Positions 47,669-58,062 of a DNA stretch of 64,000 bases are shown here, in pieces. A program made the position numbers and the translations under genes. The DNA comes from Verrucomicrobiales bacterium. Lineage in GTDB: Bacteria; Verrucomicrobiota; Verrucomicrobiia; Limisphaerales; UBA9464. Location: assembly GCA_027490985.1 (NCBI GenBank), contig JAIXXC010000332.1, positions 1,562 to 65,561 of the forward strand, in the 5' to 3' direction. The notes beneath the pieces are model-generated. The model searched no databases. It worked only from the letters and a program-made list of their open reading frames with translations, and was not told the origin of the DNA. How positions within the stretch are numbered: position 1 is the first letter of the stretch; every line of letters starts with the position of its first letter.

Positions 47669-48277
47669 TTAGCGGGAATAAAATTCGACAACCGCCTGCT
47701 CGTTGGCGATCGGGTTGATCTCGTCACGGGTGGGAACCCGCAGGAGAGCGGCCGACAAGGCCTCGCGATCCAGACGGATCCAGTCGGGAACCACGCGGCT
47801 GGTGGATCCTTCGATGTTCTTCTGGACGATGGTCTTGGAGCTCGCGTGATCCTTCACCTGGATCAGGTCGTTGACCTTCACCGCATAGCTCGGGATGCTG
47901 ACCTTGCGGCCGTTGACCCGAACGTGACCGTGGCCGACCAATTGGCGGGCCGCCGGACGGGTGAGAGCGAATCCGGCGTGGTACACCAGATTGTCAAGAC
48001 GGGTCTCGAGGATTTGAAGCATCTTCTCGCCCGTCACGCCACGCATGCGCAGGGCACGCTCGTAGACATTGCGGAACTGCTTCTCTTGGAGACCGTAGAA
48101 GAAACGCAGCTTCTGCTTCTCCATCAGGCCGATGGCGTAGTCGCTGTGCTTGCGACGGGACTTCGGGCCATGGGCACCGGGAGGGTAAGGACGGCGCTCC
48201 AAATACTTGGAGGAGCCAAAAATCGGGGTGCCCAGCCGGCGGCTGATGCGAACACGAGGACCAGTGTAACGTGCCAT
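47669..48277 (-). CDS. rpsD: 30S ribosomal protein S4
   Basis: Contains MARYTGPRVRISRRLG, YGLQEKQKLRFFYG and LDNLVYHAGFA. Confidence 0.97.
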   Translation of the reverse strand: MARYTGPRVRISRRLGTPIFGSSKYLERRPYPPGAHGPKSRRKHSDYAIGLMEKQKLRFFYGLQEKQFRNVYERALRMRGVTGEKMLQILETRLDNLVYHAGFALTRPAARQLVGHGHVRVNGRKVSIPSYAVKVNDLIQVKDHASSKTIVQKNIEGSTSRVVPDWIRLDREALSAALLRVPTRDEINPIANEQAVVEFYSR

Positions 48278-48301
48278 TGTCGGAAATAGTTGAAGATTGA
48301 A

Positions 48302-48901
48302 TTACACGCGGCGCTTCTTGCGAGGGCGGCAGCCGTTGTGCGGAACCGGGGTCACATCCTTGATCACGGTGATCTCCAGGCCGATGGCCTGCAGGGCGCG
48401 GATGGCCGATTCACGACCGGAACCCGGACCGTTGACGCGGACTTCGACCTCGCGCATGCCGTGGGACATCGCCTGACGGGCGGCATCCTGAGCGGCCTGC
48501 TGGGCGGCGAACGCGGTGCTCTTGCGGGAGCCCTTGAACCCGACCCGACCCGCGGTGCTCCAACCGATCAGGTTGCCCTGCATGTCGGTGATGGTCACCT
48601 GGGTGTTGTTGAAGGTCGCCATCACGTGGGCCACGCCCACCGCGATGTTCTTGGCGCCCTTGGCGCGGATGATCTTCTTCGCATTGGGATCATCACCGAG
48701 CAGGTCGGCAGCCGTCGGAGCGGCAGCAGCCGCCAACGGAGCCGGGGCGGCCGGGGCGGCCTGAGCCGGAGCAGCAGCACCCGCCTGAGCGTCGGCCGCA
48801 GCCTTCTTGGTCTTGGGAGCCGCCTTGGGGGCGGCCTGTTCGGCGGTTGCCTCACCGGCCTCGGCCTTGGGGGCCTTCTTGGCCTTTGTCTCTTCTGCCA
48901 T
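48302..48901 (-). CDS. rpsK: 30S ribosomal protein S11 with a roughly 70-aa Ala/Lys/Pro-rich N-terminal extension
   Basis: The core reads [18 protein letters not shown]...[22 protein letters not shown]...[17 protein letters not shown]. The N-terminal extension begins [16 protein letters not shown]... Confidence 0.95.
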   Translation of the reverse strand: MAEETKAKKAPKAEAGEATAEQAAPKAAPKTKKAAADAQAGAAAPAQAAPAAPAPLAAAAAPTAADLLGDDPNAKKIIRAKGAKNIAVGVAHVMATFNNTQVTITDMQGNLIGWSTAGRVGFKGSRKSTAFAAQQAAQDAARQAMSHGMREVEVRVNGPGSGRESAIRALQAIGLEITVIKDVTPVPHNGCRPRKKRRV

Positions 48902-48920
48902 AATCAGTTAAACGATGAAA

Positions 48921-49307
48921 TTAAGCCTTGGCGGTCGGGTTTCTTTGGACACCCACCGTCTTGCGGGGACCCTTGCGGGTACGGGAGTTGGTCTGCGTGC
49001 GCTGACCGCGAACCGGCAGGCTTCGGCTGTGACGCTGACCCCGGTAGGACTTGATGGCCTGAAGGCGCTTCAAGTTCATGCCGAGTTCGCGACGCAGATC
49101 GCCCTCGGTCACATACTTGCCTTCCTGAATCGCATTCACGATCAACGAGAGCTGGCTCTCGTTGAGCGATTTGGCGCGAAGCGATGGATCGATGTTGGCG
49201 CGCTCCAAGATTTCGAGCGCATTGACCGGACCGATTCCGTAGATGTAGCGGAGCGCGATATCGATTCGCTTGTCCGCAGGAATATCAACTCCCAAGATTC
49301 GTGGCAT
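48921..49307 (-). CDS. rpsM: 30S ribosomal protein S13
   Basis: Start set at MPRILGVDIPADKRIDIALRYIYGIG. Contains SYRGQRHSRSLPVRGQRT. Confidence 0.96.
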   Translation of the reverse strand: MPRILGVDIPADKRIDIALRYIYGIGPVNALEILERANIDPSLRAKSLNESQLSLIVNAIQEGKYVTEGDLRRELGMNLKRLQAIKSYRGQRHSRSLPVRGQRTQTNSRTRKGPRKTVGVQRNPTAKA

Positions 49308-49323
49308 AAAACGTTTCCTATGA

Positions 49324-49437
49324 TCAGCCTTGCCGCTGCTTGTGGCGCGCATTGGAGCAGATCACGCGGATCACGCCCTTGCGTTTGACCATTTTGCAGT
49401 TCTCGCAAAGTTTCTTAACTGAAGCTCTGACTTTCAT
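49324..49437 (-). CDS. rpmJ: 50S ribosomal protein L36
   Basis: Not in the ORF track because it is too short. Hand translation gives [37 protein letters not shown] followed by a stop. Confidence 0.92.
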   Translation of the reverse strand: MKVRASVKKLCENCKMVKRKGVIRVICSNARHKQRQG

Positions 49438-49456
49438 TTTCGAAATCGTAAACCCG

Positions 49457-50227
49457 TCAATACAACTGACTTTCTTCGTCCCGTGTCAAAATCTCTGGTC
49501 CAGAATCGGTGATCAACACCGTGTGCTCGAAATGGGCAGACACCTGCCTGTCCCGAGTGACCACCGTCCAACCGTCGTCCAATATTTCGACAGCCGGACT
49601 GCCCAAGGTCACCATGGGCTCGATGGCGATCGTCATTCCACTCTTCAGGCGGGTGACGGCTTTGGGATCGACGTAATTCGGAACCTGAGGTTCCTCATGG
49701 ACGCTCCGACCCACACCATGACCGCAAAATTCGCGAACGATTCCGTAACCCGACCCTGCCACACTGCGTTCCACAGCCCGACCGATATCCAACACTTTGG
49801 CACCGGCTTGAGCCGCTGAAATCCCTTCATACAGTGCTTGGACCGTCGTATCCAGCAACTTCTGATACCGAGGCGTCCCACCCCCGACCATCAGCGTCAT
49901 CGCGACATCACCGATGAAGCCCTGAAAACGGACTCCAACGTCGATCTTGAGGACATCTCCAAACTGGAGCCGGCGTCCGTCGCCGATCCCATGGATCACG
50001 GCCTCATTGACCGAGAGGCAGCACTGGGAGGGGAATCCCCGATAGCCCAGGAATGCGCTGAGCGCTCCATGCGATGCAATGAATTGGCCAACCATGGTAT
50101 CCAGCTCGCGGGTCGTCATGCCCGGAGCCGCAGCCAAGGCCGCACTCCGCAAGACTTTGCTGGCGATGCGGCCAGCGGCCCTCATCGCGCGAATCTCATC
50201 GGCTGTCTTGATGATTGGTCTCCCCAT
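49457..50227 (-). CDS. map: Type I methionine aminopeptidase
   Basis: Contains [35 protein letters not shown] and TIAIEPM...FEHTVLIT. Confidence 0.95.
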   Translation of the reverse strand: MGRPIIKTADEIRAMRAAGRIASKVLRSAALAAAPGMTTRELDTMVGQFIASHGALSAFLGYRGFPSQCCLSVNEAVIHGIGDGRRLQFGDVLKIDVGVRFQGFIGDVAMTLMVGGGTPRYQKLLDTTVQALYEGISAAQAGAKVLDIGRAVERSVAGSGYGIVREFCGHGVGRSVHEEPQVPNYVDPKAVTRLKSGMTIAIEPMVTLGSPAVEILDDGWTVVTRDRQVSAHFEHTVLITDSGPEILTRDEESQLY

Positions 50228-50325
50228 GATTTCAGCGCCTGCGCTTTTGTTGGAGTCGACCCGTCACCCAGCTCACGGCCGATTGAGGTCTATTCTGTAA
50301 CCGAGACTGACAAAGAACGAAAGAA

Positions 50326-51705
50326 TCAGGCACGCCCGCGAACCTTGCCCTTCTTGAGGAAACCATCATAGTGCCTCATGAGCAGGTAGGATTCCATCTG
50401 CCGCATGGTGTCCAACAAGACACCCACGGTGATCAGGAGGGATGTGCCACCGAAAAACTGGGCGACCAAGGGGTCGATCTTCAGATACCCGCTCATCACG
50501 GTCGGGATGATGGCGATGATCACCAAGAACACCGCACCGGCCAACGTGATCCGGCTCATCGTGTTGTGCAGGAAATCGCTGGTCGCCGTACCCGGACGCA
50601 CGCCAGGAATGTAACCACCGTGCTTCTTGAGATCGTCGGCCACCTGGAGCTCGTTGAACTGGGTGGCGACCCAGAAGTACGAGAAGAACAAAATCATCAG
50701 ACCATACAGGAAGAGGTAGGTGAATCCTTGGCGCCCCAGATGACTGGCCACGTAGATCGAAACCTGTTTGGCGAACCCGGCCGGCAAAATCGCAGCCAGC
50801 TTCTCGAAGATCATGCCGGGGAACATGAGGATCGCCTGGGCGAAGATCACCGGCATCACGCCGGCGTAGTTGACGCGCAGCGGCATGAACGAAGTGCCGC
50901 CGGACATGATCTTGCGACCCACCGCCCGCTGAGCGTACTGCACAGGAATCTTGCGCTGTCCCTGAGTGATGAGAACCACACCGGCCACCACGATCGCCAA
51001 AACCAGCAGCAACAAGATCAGATGGAGCAGCTTGGAATTCTCTTGCTGGAACATCGACACTAGCGACTTCCCGGCGTTCGGCAGGCGGGCGAGAATGCCC
51101 ACGGTGATCAACAGCGAAACACCGTTGCCGATACCCCGCTCGGTGATCTGCTCACCCAACCACATCAAGAACAAGGTTGCTGAGGTCAGAATCATCACCG
51201 TCTGGATGCGGTACAACCAGAGGTACTCGGCCGTCACCAGAGAGCCGGAAAATCCGGAGAATGCCTTCTCAGGATTCTCCCAACCGAGGGCCACGATCAA
51301 TCCGTGGCCCAAGCACAGCACCACCGTCAGGTAGCGGCCATAAGCCACGAGTTTGGCACGGCCGCCCTCTTCGCGGGCCAACTTGCCCAGAGGGGCCACC
51401 ACCGCCGTCAGCAACTGGATGAAGATCGTGGCACTGATGTACGGCATGATCCCCAAGGCACCCACAGCGCATTGTTCCAATGCACCACCGGTGAACATGG
51501 AATAGAGGCCGAATACCCCTCCCCCACCCGAGTTCTTGGCCGACTCGGCAAAATACGCCGCCAATTTGGAACCGTCCAAGCCCGGAACCGGAGTCAAGGC
51601 GATGACGCGAGCCACAGCCAGAACCAAGGCCGTGAAGATGATCCGGGACCGGAGTTCCGGAATCTTCAGGCAGTTCGCGAACGTGTTGAACAGTTGGCCA
51701 ATCAT
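50326..51705 (-). CDS. secY: Preprotein translocase subunit SecY
   Basis: 459 aa. Contains IPELRSRIIFT, ALGIMPYISATIFIQLL, ITERGIGNGVSLLI and GGYIPGVRPG. Confidence 0.97.
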   Translation of the reverse strand: MIGQLFNTFANCLKIPELRSRIIFTALVLAVARVIALTPVPGLDGSKLAAYFAESAKNSGGGGVFGLYSMFTGGALEQCAVGALGIMPYISATIFIQLLTAVVAPLGKLAREEGGRAKLVAYGRYLTVVLCLGHGLIVALGWENPEKAFSGFSGSLVTAEYLWLYRIQTVMILTSATLFLMWLGEQITERGIGNGVSLLITVGILARLPNAGKSLVSMFQQENSKLLHLILLLLVLAIVVAGVVLITQGQRKIPVQYAQRAVGRKIMSGGTSFMPLRVNYAGVMPVIFAQAILMFPGMIFEKLAAILPAGFAKQVSIYVASHLGRQGFTYLFLYGLMILFFSYFWVATQFNELQVADDLKKHGGYIPGVRPGTATSDFLHNTMSRITLAGAVFLVIIAIIPTVMSGYLKIDPLVAQFFGGTSLLITVGVLLDTMRQMESYLLMRHYDGFLKKGKVRGRA

Positions 51706-51749
51706 TGACAGCGTGTTTTGAGGATTTACCCCGATCGGATCCCAAGGTC

Positions 51750-52196
51750 TCAGGCGACCACTTCAGCGGTTCCGCCGAGGGCTTCAATGGCGGTCTTCGC
51801 TGAGGCGCTGAACGCATGAGCGCGGACAGTCAACTTCTGCTTGAGTTCGCCCCGAGCGAGAATCTTGATGCCATCGTAGGTGCCGTTGGCCAGACCAGCC
51901 TTCTGCAAGGCAGCCACGTCGACCACGGAGCCCGCTTCGAAGGCGTTGAGCTCAGCCAGATTGACCGCCAGATAGGCGATCTTGAATCGCTTGTTGTTGA
52001 AGCCACGCTTCGGGATGCGGCGGATCAAGGGCATCTGACCACCCTCGAACCCGATGCGGATCGAGCTGCCGGACCGGGCGCTCTGACCCTTGCCACCACG
52101 ACCGGAGGTCTTGCCTCGGCCGCTGGACTCACCCTGGCCCAAACGCTTCTTGCGGTGCTTGGCTCCCGGACGGGGTTTAAGATCGTGAAGTCTCAT
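51750..52196 (-). CDS. rplO: 50S ribosomal protein L15
   Basis: Start set at MRLHDLKPRPGAKHRKKRLGQGESSGRGKTSGRGGKGQ. Contains FEGGQMPLIRRIPKRGF. Confidence 0.95.
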   Translation of the reverse strand: MRLHDLKPRPGAKHRKKRLGQGESSGRGKTSGRGGKGQSARSGSSIRIGFEGGQMPLIRRIPKRGFNNKRFKIAYLAVNLAELNAFEAGSVVDVAALQKAGLANGTYDGIKILARGELKQKLTVRAHAFSASAKTAIEALGGTAEVVA

Positions 52197-52200
52197 AAAA

Positions 52201-52857
52201 TCAGGCAGTCTTGGTCGCGTTGATACGGTTCTCGAGGCCACGGGCCTTGAGAATCTGCTCTCGGGTACGCAGGCTGAGCAGGGCGTTCAAGGTGGCTTTG
52301 GCCACGTTGGACGCGTTCTTGGATCCGAGGGACTTGGAGAGGACGTCTTTGACGCCGGCCGATTCGACCACCGCGCGAACGGTCTTGCCACAGATCAATC
52401 CGGTACCCGGGCTGGCCGGACGGAGGAGAACCTTGGCCCCACCGAACTCGGAGTAGACCTCGTGGGGAATCGTGCTGGCCGAGAGCGACACCACCGAGAT
52501 GCGGGACTTGGCGTTTTCGCCGCCCTTCTTGATGGCTTCGCTGACTTCGGCACCCTTGCCCATGCCCATGCCCACCTTGCCCTGCTTGTCGCCAACGACA
52601 ATCAGTGCACTGAAGGAGAAGCGACGGCCGCCTTTGACGACCTTGGAGGAGCGGTTGATGTGAACCACCTTCTCGATCAAGCCATCTTTCGGCTCATCAT
52701 TGTCGCGCTGGTCGCGCGAACCCCGGCGGGGTCCGCGGCCGCGGCCGCCGTCGGAATAACCCCGAGAAGGGCGATCACCACCGAACGACTGGGTGCCACC
52801 GGACGGCGATCCGGCGGGTGCAGCCGGGGCTGCTGAAATGTCTTTTTGGTCTGCCAC
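52201..52857 (-). CDS. rpsE: 30S ribosomal protein S5 with Gly/Arg/Asp-rich N-terminal extension
   Basis: The core reads EKVVHINRSSKVVKGGRRFSFSALIVVGD..GKVGMGMGKGAEV...AKATLNAL. Confidence 0.96.
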   Translation of the reverse strand: MADQKDISAAPAAPAGSPSGGTQSFGGDRPSRGYSDGGRGRGPRRGSRDQRDNDEPKDGLIEKVVHINRSSKVVKGGRRFSFSALIVVGDKQGKVGMGMGKGAEVSEAIKKGGENAKSRISVVSLSASTIPHEVYSEFGGAKVLLRPASPGTGLICGKTVRAVVESAGVKDVLSKSLGSKNASNVAKATLNALLSLRTREQILKARGLENRINATKTA

Positions 52858-52871
52858 AAGATTCCTTCAGT

Positions 52872-53234
52872 TCAAAATTTGAGCCCCGACTCGCGAGCGG
52901 CATCCGCCAAAGCCTTGACCTTGCCGTGATACCGCGCAGCACCGCGGTCGAAGACCACGGATTCGATCCCCTTGTCCTTGGCAGCGGCCGCAGCGCGCTT
53001 GCCGGTCAGGATCGCATTCGCCGCGTTGGCACCCTTCACCTCGGTCGGAGCGGACTTGTCGCGGGTGCCAACGGCAGCCAGCGTCTTGCCCACCACATCA
53101 TCGATGAATTGCACGTAAATATGCTGCCCGGTGAACTTGACGCTCATACGGGGGCGGGCGGCAGTGCCCGTCACGGTCTTTCTCACCCGCCAGTGGCGCA
53201 GTTGAGCCAACCGATGTTTGTGCTCTGTTCTCAT
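52872..53234 (-). CDS. rplR: 50S ribosomal protein L18
   Basis: Contains RPRMSVKFTGQHIYVQFIDD and VVFDRGAARYHGKVKALADAARESGLKF. Confidence 0.96.
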   Translation of the reverse strand: MRTEHKHRLAQLRHWRVRKTVTGTAARPRMSVKFTGQHIYVQFIDDVVGKTLAAVGTRDKSAPTEVKGANAANAILTGKRAAAAAKDKGIESVVFDRGAARYHGKVKALADAARESGLKF

Positions 53235-53260
53235 TCTAGCAAAATTAACGACAAACCGAA

Positions 53261-53797
53261 TTACTGGACAGTCTTGCCTTCCTTGCGGACGACCTTCTCA
53301 CCGGCGTAGCGGACACCCTTGCCCTTGTACGGTTCCGGCGGGTAGAAGCTGCGGATCTCGGAGGCGACCCGGCCCACGAGTTCCTTGTCAGCGCCATCGA
53401 TGGTCAACTTGGTGCCTTCTTCGACAACCACCTTGATCCCGGCAGGAACCGGATAATTGATCGGATGGCTGTAACCGAGGGCCAGATTGATCACAGAACC
53501 CTGGAGGGCGGCCTTGAAACCGACGCCCTGGATCTCAAGCTTCTTTTGGAAACCTTCGGACACACCCTTGACCATGTTGTTGACCAGGGCCCGAGCAAGA
53601 CCGTGCATGGCCTTGGCTTCGGAGGTCTCGGCCGAACGGCCCAGAGACACGTTGGTTCCATCGACCTTGGCGTGGGTGAAACGCGGCAGCGACAGGCCAA
53701 GGCTCCCCTTGGGACCTTCCACCGTCACACGGTCCCCTGCGACGGAAACCTTAACCTTGGCCGGAATGGCTACCGGGCTTTTTCCAATACGTGACAT
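53261..53797 (-). CDS. rplF: 50S ribosomal protein L6
   Basis: Contains MSRIGKSPVAIPAKVKVSV, GVGFKA and PEPYKGKGVRYAGE. Confidence 0.96.
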   Translation of the reverse strand: MSRIGKSPVAIPAKVKVSVAGDRVTVEGPKGSLGLSLPRFTHAKVDGTNVSLGRSAETSEAKAMHGLARALVNNMVKGVSEGFQKKLEIQGVGFKAALQGSVINLALGYSHPINYPVPAGIKVVVEEGTKLTIDGADKELVGRVASEIRSFYPPEPYKGKGVRYAGEKVVRKEGKTVQ

Positions 53798-53808
53798 AAC
53801 AAAATCCT

Positions 53809-54198
53809 TTACCAGACGTAACAGACCACCTCACCACCCACATTCTGGCGGCGAGCCTGGGAACCGGTCATCACTCCCTGAGGAGTCGAGAGAATTGCAA
53901 CACCGAGCCCACCCAGAACCCGGGGAGCCTCGGATCCGGCCACATAGCGGCGCAGTCCGGGAGTGCTCACCTGCTTGAGGCCCTGGATCACGGCCTTGCG
54001 ACCCTGATACTTCAAGCCCAACTTGAGTGTCTTGAGCTTGTCACCCTCGACGGCGACGTCGGAGATGTAACCTTCGCTCTTGAGGACCCGGGCGATCGCC
54101 TCCTTGAAACGGGAGTGAGGAATGGAAACCGAAGGGTGAAGCGCCATACCCGCATTGCGAATGCGCGTCAGCAGGTCAGAAACTGGATCAGCGTTCAT
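53809..54198 (-). CDS. rpsH: 30S ribosomal protein S8
   Basis: Contains DPVSDLLTRIRNAGMA, LKSEGYI and GVAILSTPQGVMT. Confidence 0.96.
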   Translation of the reverse strand: MNADPVSDLLTRIRNAGMALHPSVSIPHSRFKEAIARVLKSEGYISDVAVEGDKLKTLKLGLKYQGRKAVIQGLKQVSTPGLRRYVAGSEAPRVLGGLGVAILSTPQGVMTGSQARRQNVGGEVVCYVW

Positions 54199-54219
54199 GG
54201 ATGTAGATGGGGGCTCGGA

Positions 54220-54489
54220 TTACCAGCTGGACTTCGTGACGCCCGGGATGAGTCCCTGCAAGGCCGCCTCTCGGAACGAGAGACGGGAGACGCCGTACTT
54301 CCGGATGAACCCGTGACGCCGACCGCTCACGCGGCAGCGATTCACCACGCGAACCGGGCTCGCGTTCTTGGGCAGCTGGGAGAGGCCGGCGTAATCGCCC
54401 TTAGCCTTCAGTTCAGCACGGAGAGCCGCAAACTTCTTGACGGTCTCCAACTTCTTCTTGTTCCGGGCAAGCCAGGATTTCTTGGCCAT
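54220..54489 (-). CDS. rpsN: 30S ribosomal protein S14 (long, non-zinc form)
   Basis: Contains MAKKSWLARNKKK, RVVNRCRVSGRRHGFIRKYGVSRLSFREAALQGLIPGVTKSSW. Confidence 0.95.
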   Translation of the reverse strand: MAKKSWLARNKKKLETVKKFAALRAELKAKGDYAGLSQLPKNASPVRVVNRCRVSGRRHGFIRKYGVSRLSFREAALQGLIPGVTKSSW

Positions 54490-54501
54490 ACAATAGATTG
54501 T

Positions 54502-55041
54502 TTATTTTGAAAACGGCATTCCCATCATCTTGAGGAGGTCGTAGGCCTCTTCATTGGTGGGAGCAGAGGTCACGATGGTGATGTCCATGCCCTGCTGTCT
54601 CTTGATCTTGTCGAGTTCGATCTCCGGGAAGATCGTCTGATCGGGGATACCCAGCGAGTAGGTTCCACGACCATCGAACTGCCGGGAGCCCACGCCGCGG
54701 AAATCGCGGATGCGCGGCAAAGCAGCCGTGACCAGACGGTCGAAGAATTCGTACATCACCTCTCGGCGGAGAGTCACCTTGCATCCGACGGACTGACCCT
54801 TGCGGAGCTTGAAGTTGGCGATGCTCTTGCGCGAGATGTTCACCACCGCTTTGCGGCCCGTGATCATCTGCATTTCCTTGACGGCGTCCTCGAGAGCTCC
54901 CTTTTCGAGGGAGGCGCTCACACCCATGTTGATGACGATCTTCTCGATCTTCGGCACCTGGTGGACGTTCTGGTAGCCGCGCTTCTGCGTCAACGCAGGG
55001 CGGACTTCTTCGATATACTTCGTGTAAAGACGGGGTTTCAT
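54502..55041 (-). CDS. rplE: 50S ribosomal protein L5
   Basis: Contains NVHQVPKIEKIVINMGV, PRIRDFRG and GMDITIVTSA. Confidence 0.96.
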   Translation of the reverse strand: MKPRLYTKYIEEVRPALTQKRGYQNVHQVPKIEKIVINMGVSASLEKGALEDAVKEMQMITGRKAVVNISRKSIANFKLRKGQSVGCKVTLRREVMYEFFDRLVTAALPRIRDFRGVGSRQFDGRGTYSLGIPDQTIFPEIELDKIKRQQGMDITIVTSAPTNEEAYDLLKMMGMPFSK

Positions 55042-55046
55042 GGGTC

Positions 55047-55349
55047 TCAGCGCTTGCTCGCCTTGCGGGCGTCGTACTTATCGGCCTTCATCACGTTGGA
55101 AACGTGGATCGGCGACTCCAACCAGAGCAGCGCACCGCTCGGGTTCTGCTGGTTCTTCTTGACGTAGTGCAACATCGGCTTCACCAGACGGCGGCGATCG
55201 TCCTGCTCCTTGGAGCGTTCGTCGGTGCCTTCCAGAACGACGGCCTGACGCGAGGTGATCACCTCGGCGACCTTGCCGCGGCGGCCCTTGGCCGAACCGG
55301 TGATGACGACCACTTCGTCACCTTTTTTCACATGAAATTTGGATGCCAT
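55047..55349 (-). CDS. rplX: 50S ribosomal protein L24
   Basis: Contains FHVKKGDEVVVITGSAKGRRGKV with the KOW motif. Confidence 0.93.
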   Translation of the reverse strand: MASKFHVKKGDEVVVITGSAKGRRGKVAEVITSRQAVVLEGTDERSKEQDDRRRLVKPMLHYVKKNQQNPSGALLWLESPIHVSNVMKADKYDARKASKR

Positions 55350-55366
55350 GTCTATTCCTCCTTCAA

Positions 55367-55732
55367 TCAGATCACTTCAGGGGCGAGGGAAATGATCTTC
55401 ATGAACTTTTTCTCACGAAGCTCGCGGGCCACGGGACCGAAGATACGGGTTCCGCGGGGGTTGTTTTCCTTGTCGATGATCACAACGGCGTTGCGGTCGA
55501 AACGAACGTAGGAACCATCGCTCCGGCGAACCGGATGCCGGGTGCGCACGATGACGGCGTTTTGGACCTCGCCCTTCTTCACGGTGCCATCCGGAGCAGC
55601 CTCCTTGATGTGGACCTTGATCACGTCACCCACGTGGGCGTAAGGCTGGTTGCTGCCCAGGACACCGATGGCCCAAGCCACCTTGGCACCGGTGTTGTCT
55701 GCGACATCCAGACTGGAACGAATTTGGATCAT
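55367..55732 (-). CDS. rplN: 50S ribosomal protein L14
   Basis: Contains [17 protein letters not shown] and [11 protein letters not shown]...[14 protein letters not shown]. Confidence 0.97.
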   Translation of the reverse strand: MIQIRSSLDVADNTGAKVAWAIGVLGSNQPYAHVGDVIKVHIKEAAPDGTVKKGEVQNAVIVRTRHPVRRSDGSYVRFDRNAVVIIDKENNPRGTRIFGPVARELREKKFMKIISLAPEVI

Positions 55733-55747
55733 TGAAATTGCCTATGC

Positions 55748-56053
55748 TCAGTTTTTGACCGAACCGGCAGCCTGGTCTTTGACCGAGCCATCCGGGTTCA
55801 GGATGTCCACCAAACGCCAAGCCTTGAGCTTGGACAGAGGGCGGGTTTCTTGGATGCGGACCAGATCACCGACTTGGGCTCGCTTGGTCTCATCGTGGGC
55901 GTACAGCTTCTTGAAGCTCGTGACCACCTTGCGGTATTGCGGGTGGCGATAGCGGCGCTCCACCTTCACAACGATGGTCTTCTCCATTTTGTTGGAGACC
56001 ACCTCGCCGATGCGCTCCTTCCGGTGTCCGCGTTCTGTGGATGTCTGTGACAT
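55748..56053 (-). CDS. rpsQ: 30S ribosomal protein S17
   Basis: Start set at [44 protein letters not shown]. The longer track ORF overlaps rpmC. Confidence 0.93.
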   Translation of the reverse strand: MSQTSTERGHRKERIGEVVSNKMEKTIVVKVERRYRHPQYRKVVTSFKKLYAHDETKRAQVGDLVRIQETRPLSKLKAWRLVDILNPDGSVKDQAAGSVKN

Positions 56054-56058
56054 ACGGG

Positions 56059-56253
56059 TCAAGATTTCTTCGAAATTTGGGTCAACTGCGTCTCCCCACG
56101 CGCGACTTCGCGGCGGATATCGCGGATACGGTGCGGCTTCTCCAAACGGGCTGTCGCCTGTTGGAGGCGGAGATTGAACAACTCCTGCCGAAGTTCGCGG
56201 CACTTGGCAGCGAGTTCCGCAGCCGTCAGATCTTTAAAATTGCTTTTCGCCAT
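56059..56253 (-). CDS. rpmC: 50S ribosomal protein L29
   Basis: Start set at [52 protein letters not shown]. Confidence 0.92.
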   Translation of the reverse strand: MAKSNFKDLTAAELAAKCRELRQELFNLRLQQATARLEKPHRIRDIRREVARGETQLTQISKKS

Positions 56254-56263
56254 GATCGTCCCC

Positions 56264-56683
56264 TCAACCCATCTTGTGACGTGAAATGAACTTGGTGGAA
56301 ATCGGCAGCTTGGTGGAGGCCAAGCGCATGGCTTCCCGGGCGATCGCCTCGGGCACGCCGTCGACTTCGAACAAAACGCTGGCCGGCCGGATGACCGCCA
56401 CCCAGGACTCGACACCACCCTTACCGGTACCCATTCGAACTTCGAGGGGCTTCTTGGTGAAGGACTTGTCGGGGAAGATCCGGATCCAAACCTTGCCGCG
56501 ACGCTTCATGTAGCGGGTGATCGCCACGCGAGCCGCTTCGATCTGCTTGGTGTCCATCCAGCAGCGCTCCAGGGATTGGAGCCCATACTCACCGAAAGCG
56601 ACGGTGTTGCCACGGGAAGCCAAGCCTGTGCGGCTTCCACGCTGCATCTTGCGATATTTTACCCTTGCCGGCATCAATGCCAT
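56264..56683 (-). CDS. rplP: 50S ribosomal protein L16
   Basis: Contains [37 protein letters not shown] and RMGTGKG. Confidence 0.97.
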   Translation of the reverse strand: MALMPARVKYRKMQRGSRTGLASRGNTVAFGEYGLQSLERCWMDTKQIEAARVAITRYMKRRGKVWIRIFPDKSFTKKPLEVRMGTGKGGVESWVAVIRPASVLFEVDGVPEAIAREAMRLASTKLPISTKFISRHKMG

Positions 56684-56708
56684 AAACGGTCTCCTAGAAA
56701 ATGGTTAG

Positions 56709-57407
56709 TTATTTGACCAGAACAGCCTCGGGACGAGCGTCGTCGGCTTTTCGATTCTCTGGCTTGCGGGTGTCCGCCTTTTTCATCTCACCTTTGCAAA
56801 TCCAGCACTTCACACCCAACTTGCCGTACATGGTGTTCGCCTCGGCGAAACCATAGTCGATGTTGGCGCGGAGCGTGTGCAGAGGAACGCGGCCTTCGTG
56901 GTACATTTCCACACGGGCGATTTCAGCACCACCGAGACGGCCGGCGCAGCGGATCTTGATGCCTTCGACACCCTCCATCTGGCGGGCCTCTTGGACGGCC
57001 TTCTTCATCGCGCGGCGGAATCCGATGCGGCGCTCCAACTGGACGGCGATGTTTTCGGCGACCAACTGGGCATCGGCCTTCTCGTTCTTGACCTCTTGGA
57101 TGTCGACATAGACATCCTTGCCGGTCAGCTTGGAGAGTTCTTCCTTGAGCTTGTCGATCTCGGAACCCTTGCGGCCGATGACCACTCCAGGACGGGCGGT
57201 GAAGATGGTGACGCGGCAGCGGTTGGCGGCGCGCTCAATGTGGATCTTCGGGATGGCCGCCGAGCCGAGCTTCTTCTTCAGAGCGGTGCGGATGGCGATG
57301 TCTTCCACCAGCAAGCCACCAAAGTCTTTCTTGTTGGCGTACCACTTGGAACGCCACTCGCGGTTTACGGGAACCCGCAGACCGATAGGATTGGTTTTCT
57401 GGCCCAT
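56709..57407 (-). CDS. rpsC: 30S ribosomal protein S3
   Basis: Contains [37 protein letters not shown] and [10 protein letters not shown]. Confidence 0.97.
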   Translation of the reverse strand: MGQKTNPIGLRVPVNREWRSKWYANKKDFGGLLVEDIAIRTALKKKLGSAAIPKIHIERAANRCRVTIFTARPGVVIGRKGSEIDKLKEELSKLTGKDVYVDIQEVKNEKADAQLVAENIAVQLERRIGFRRAMKKAVQEARQMEGVEGIKIRCAGRLGGAEIARVEMYHEGRVPLHTLRANIDYGFAEANTMYGKLGVKCWICKGEMKKADTRKPENRKADDARPEAVLVK

Positions 57408-57408
57408 G

Positions 57409-57744
57409 TTATTGGTTGTCCGTGAGAATGATCTTGATGTGGCTGCTCCGCTTGAGGATCGGACCAGCCGAACCGCGGGCCTTGGGAATGAAGCGCTTGA
57501 TGCTGCCGGCGGTCTGGGCGTAGGCCCGGTGCACGATCAGCGAGTCGGCTTTCAATCCGTGGTTGTTTTCAGCGTTGGCAATGGCCGACGCGAGGGTCTT
57601 GGCGACCGCGCGAGCGGACTTGCGGGGCACCACCTTGAGCACCGCGAGCGCATCCACCGCGCGAAGACCCTGGACCTGTCGTACGACTTCCCGGACCTTC
57701 TGCGGGGACATTCTGAAATTCTTGAGTATGGCCTGAACTTCCAT
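57409..57744 (-). CDS. rplV: 50S ribosomal protein L22
   Basis: Contains [16 protein letters not shown] and [24 protein letters not shown]. Confidence 0.96.
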   Translation of the reverse strand: MEVQAILKNFRMSPQKVREVVRQVQGLRAVDALAVLKVVPRKSARAVAKTLASAIANAENNHGLKADSLIVHRAYAQTAGSIKRFIPKARGSAGPILKRSSHIKIILTDNQ

Positions 57745-57774
57745 GACGTCGGTTCCTTACTGGTAGACCTAGGA

Positions 57775-58056
57775 CTATTTGGCTTCGGCCTTGGCGGTGT
57801 GAGCGCCGTGTTTCTTGAACGTGCGGGTAAAGGCAAACTCACCGAGTTTGTGCCCGACCATGTTCTCCGTGACGAAGACCGGGCTGAAAGCGCGGCCATT
57901 GTGAACGCTCACCGTCAATCCCACGAACTCGGGGGTGATGGTGGAGCGGCGCGACCAAGTCTTGATCGGAGCCTTGGACTTCGCTGCCTGGGCCTTTTCG
58001 ACCTTCGAGAGCAGATGACCGTCAATGAACGGACCTTTTTTGAGGGAACGAGCCAT
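57775..58056 (-). CDS. rpsS: 30S ribosomal protein S19
   Basis: Contains [38 protein letters not shown] and [16 protein letters not shown]. Confidence 0.97.
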   Translation of the reverse strand: MARSLKKGPFIDGHLLSKVEKAQAAKSKAPIKTWSRRSTITPEFVGLTVSVHNGRAFSPVFVTENMVGHKLGEFAFTRTFKKHGAHTAKAEAK

Positions 58057-58062
58057 ATCAGC

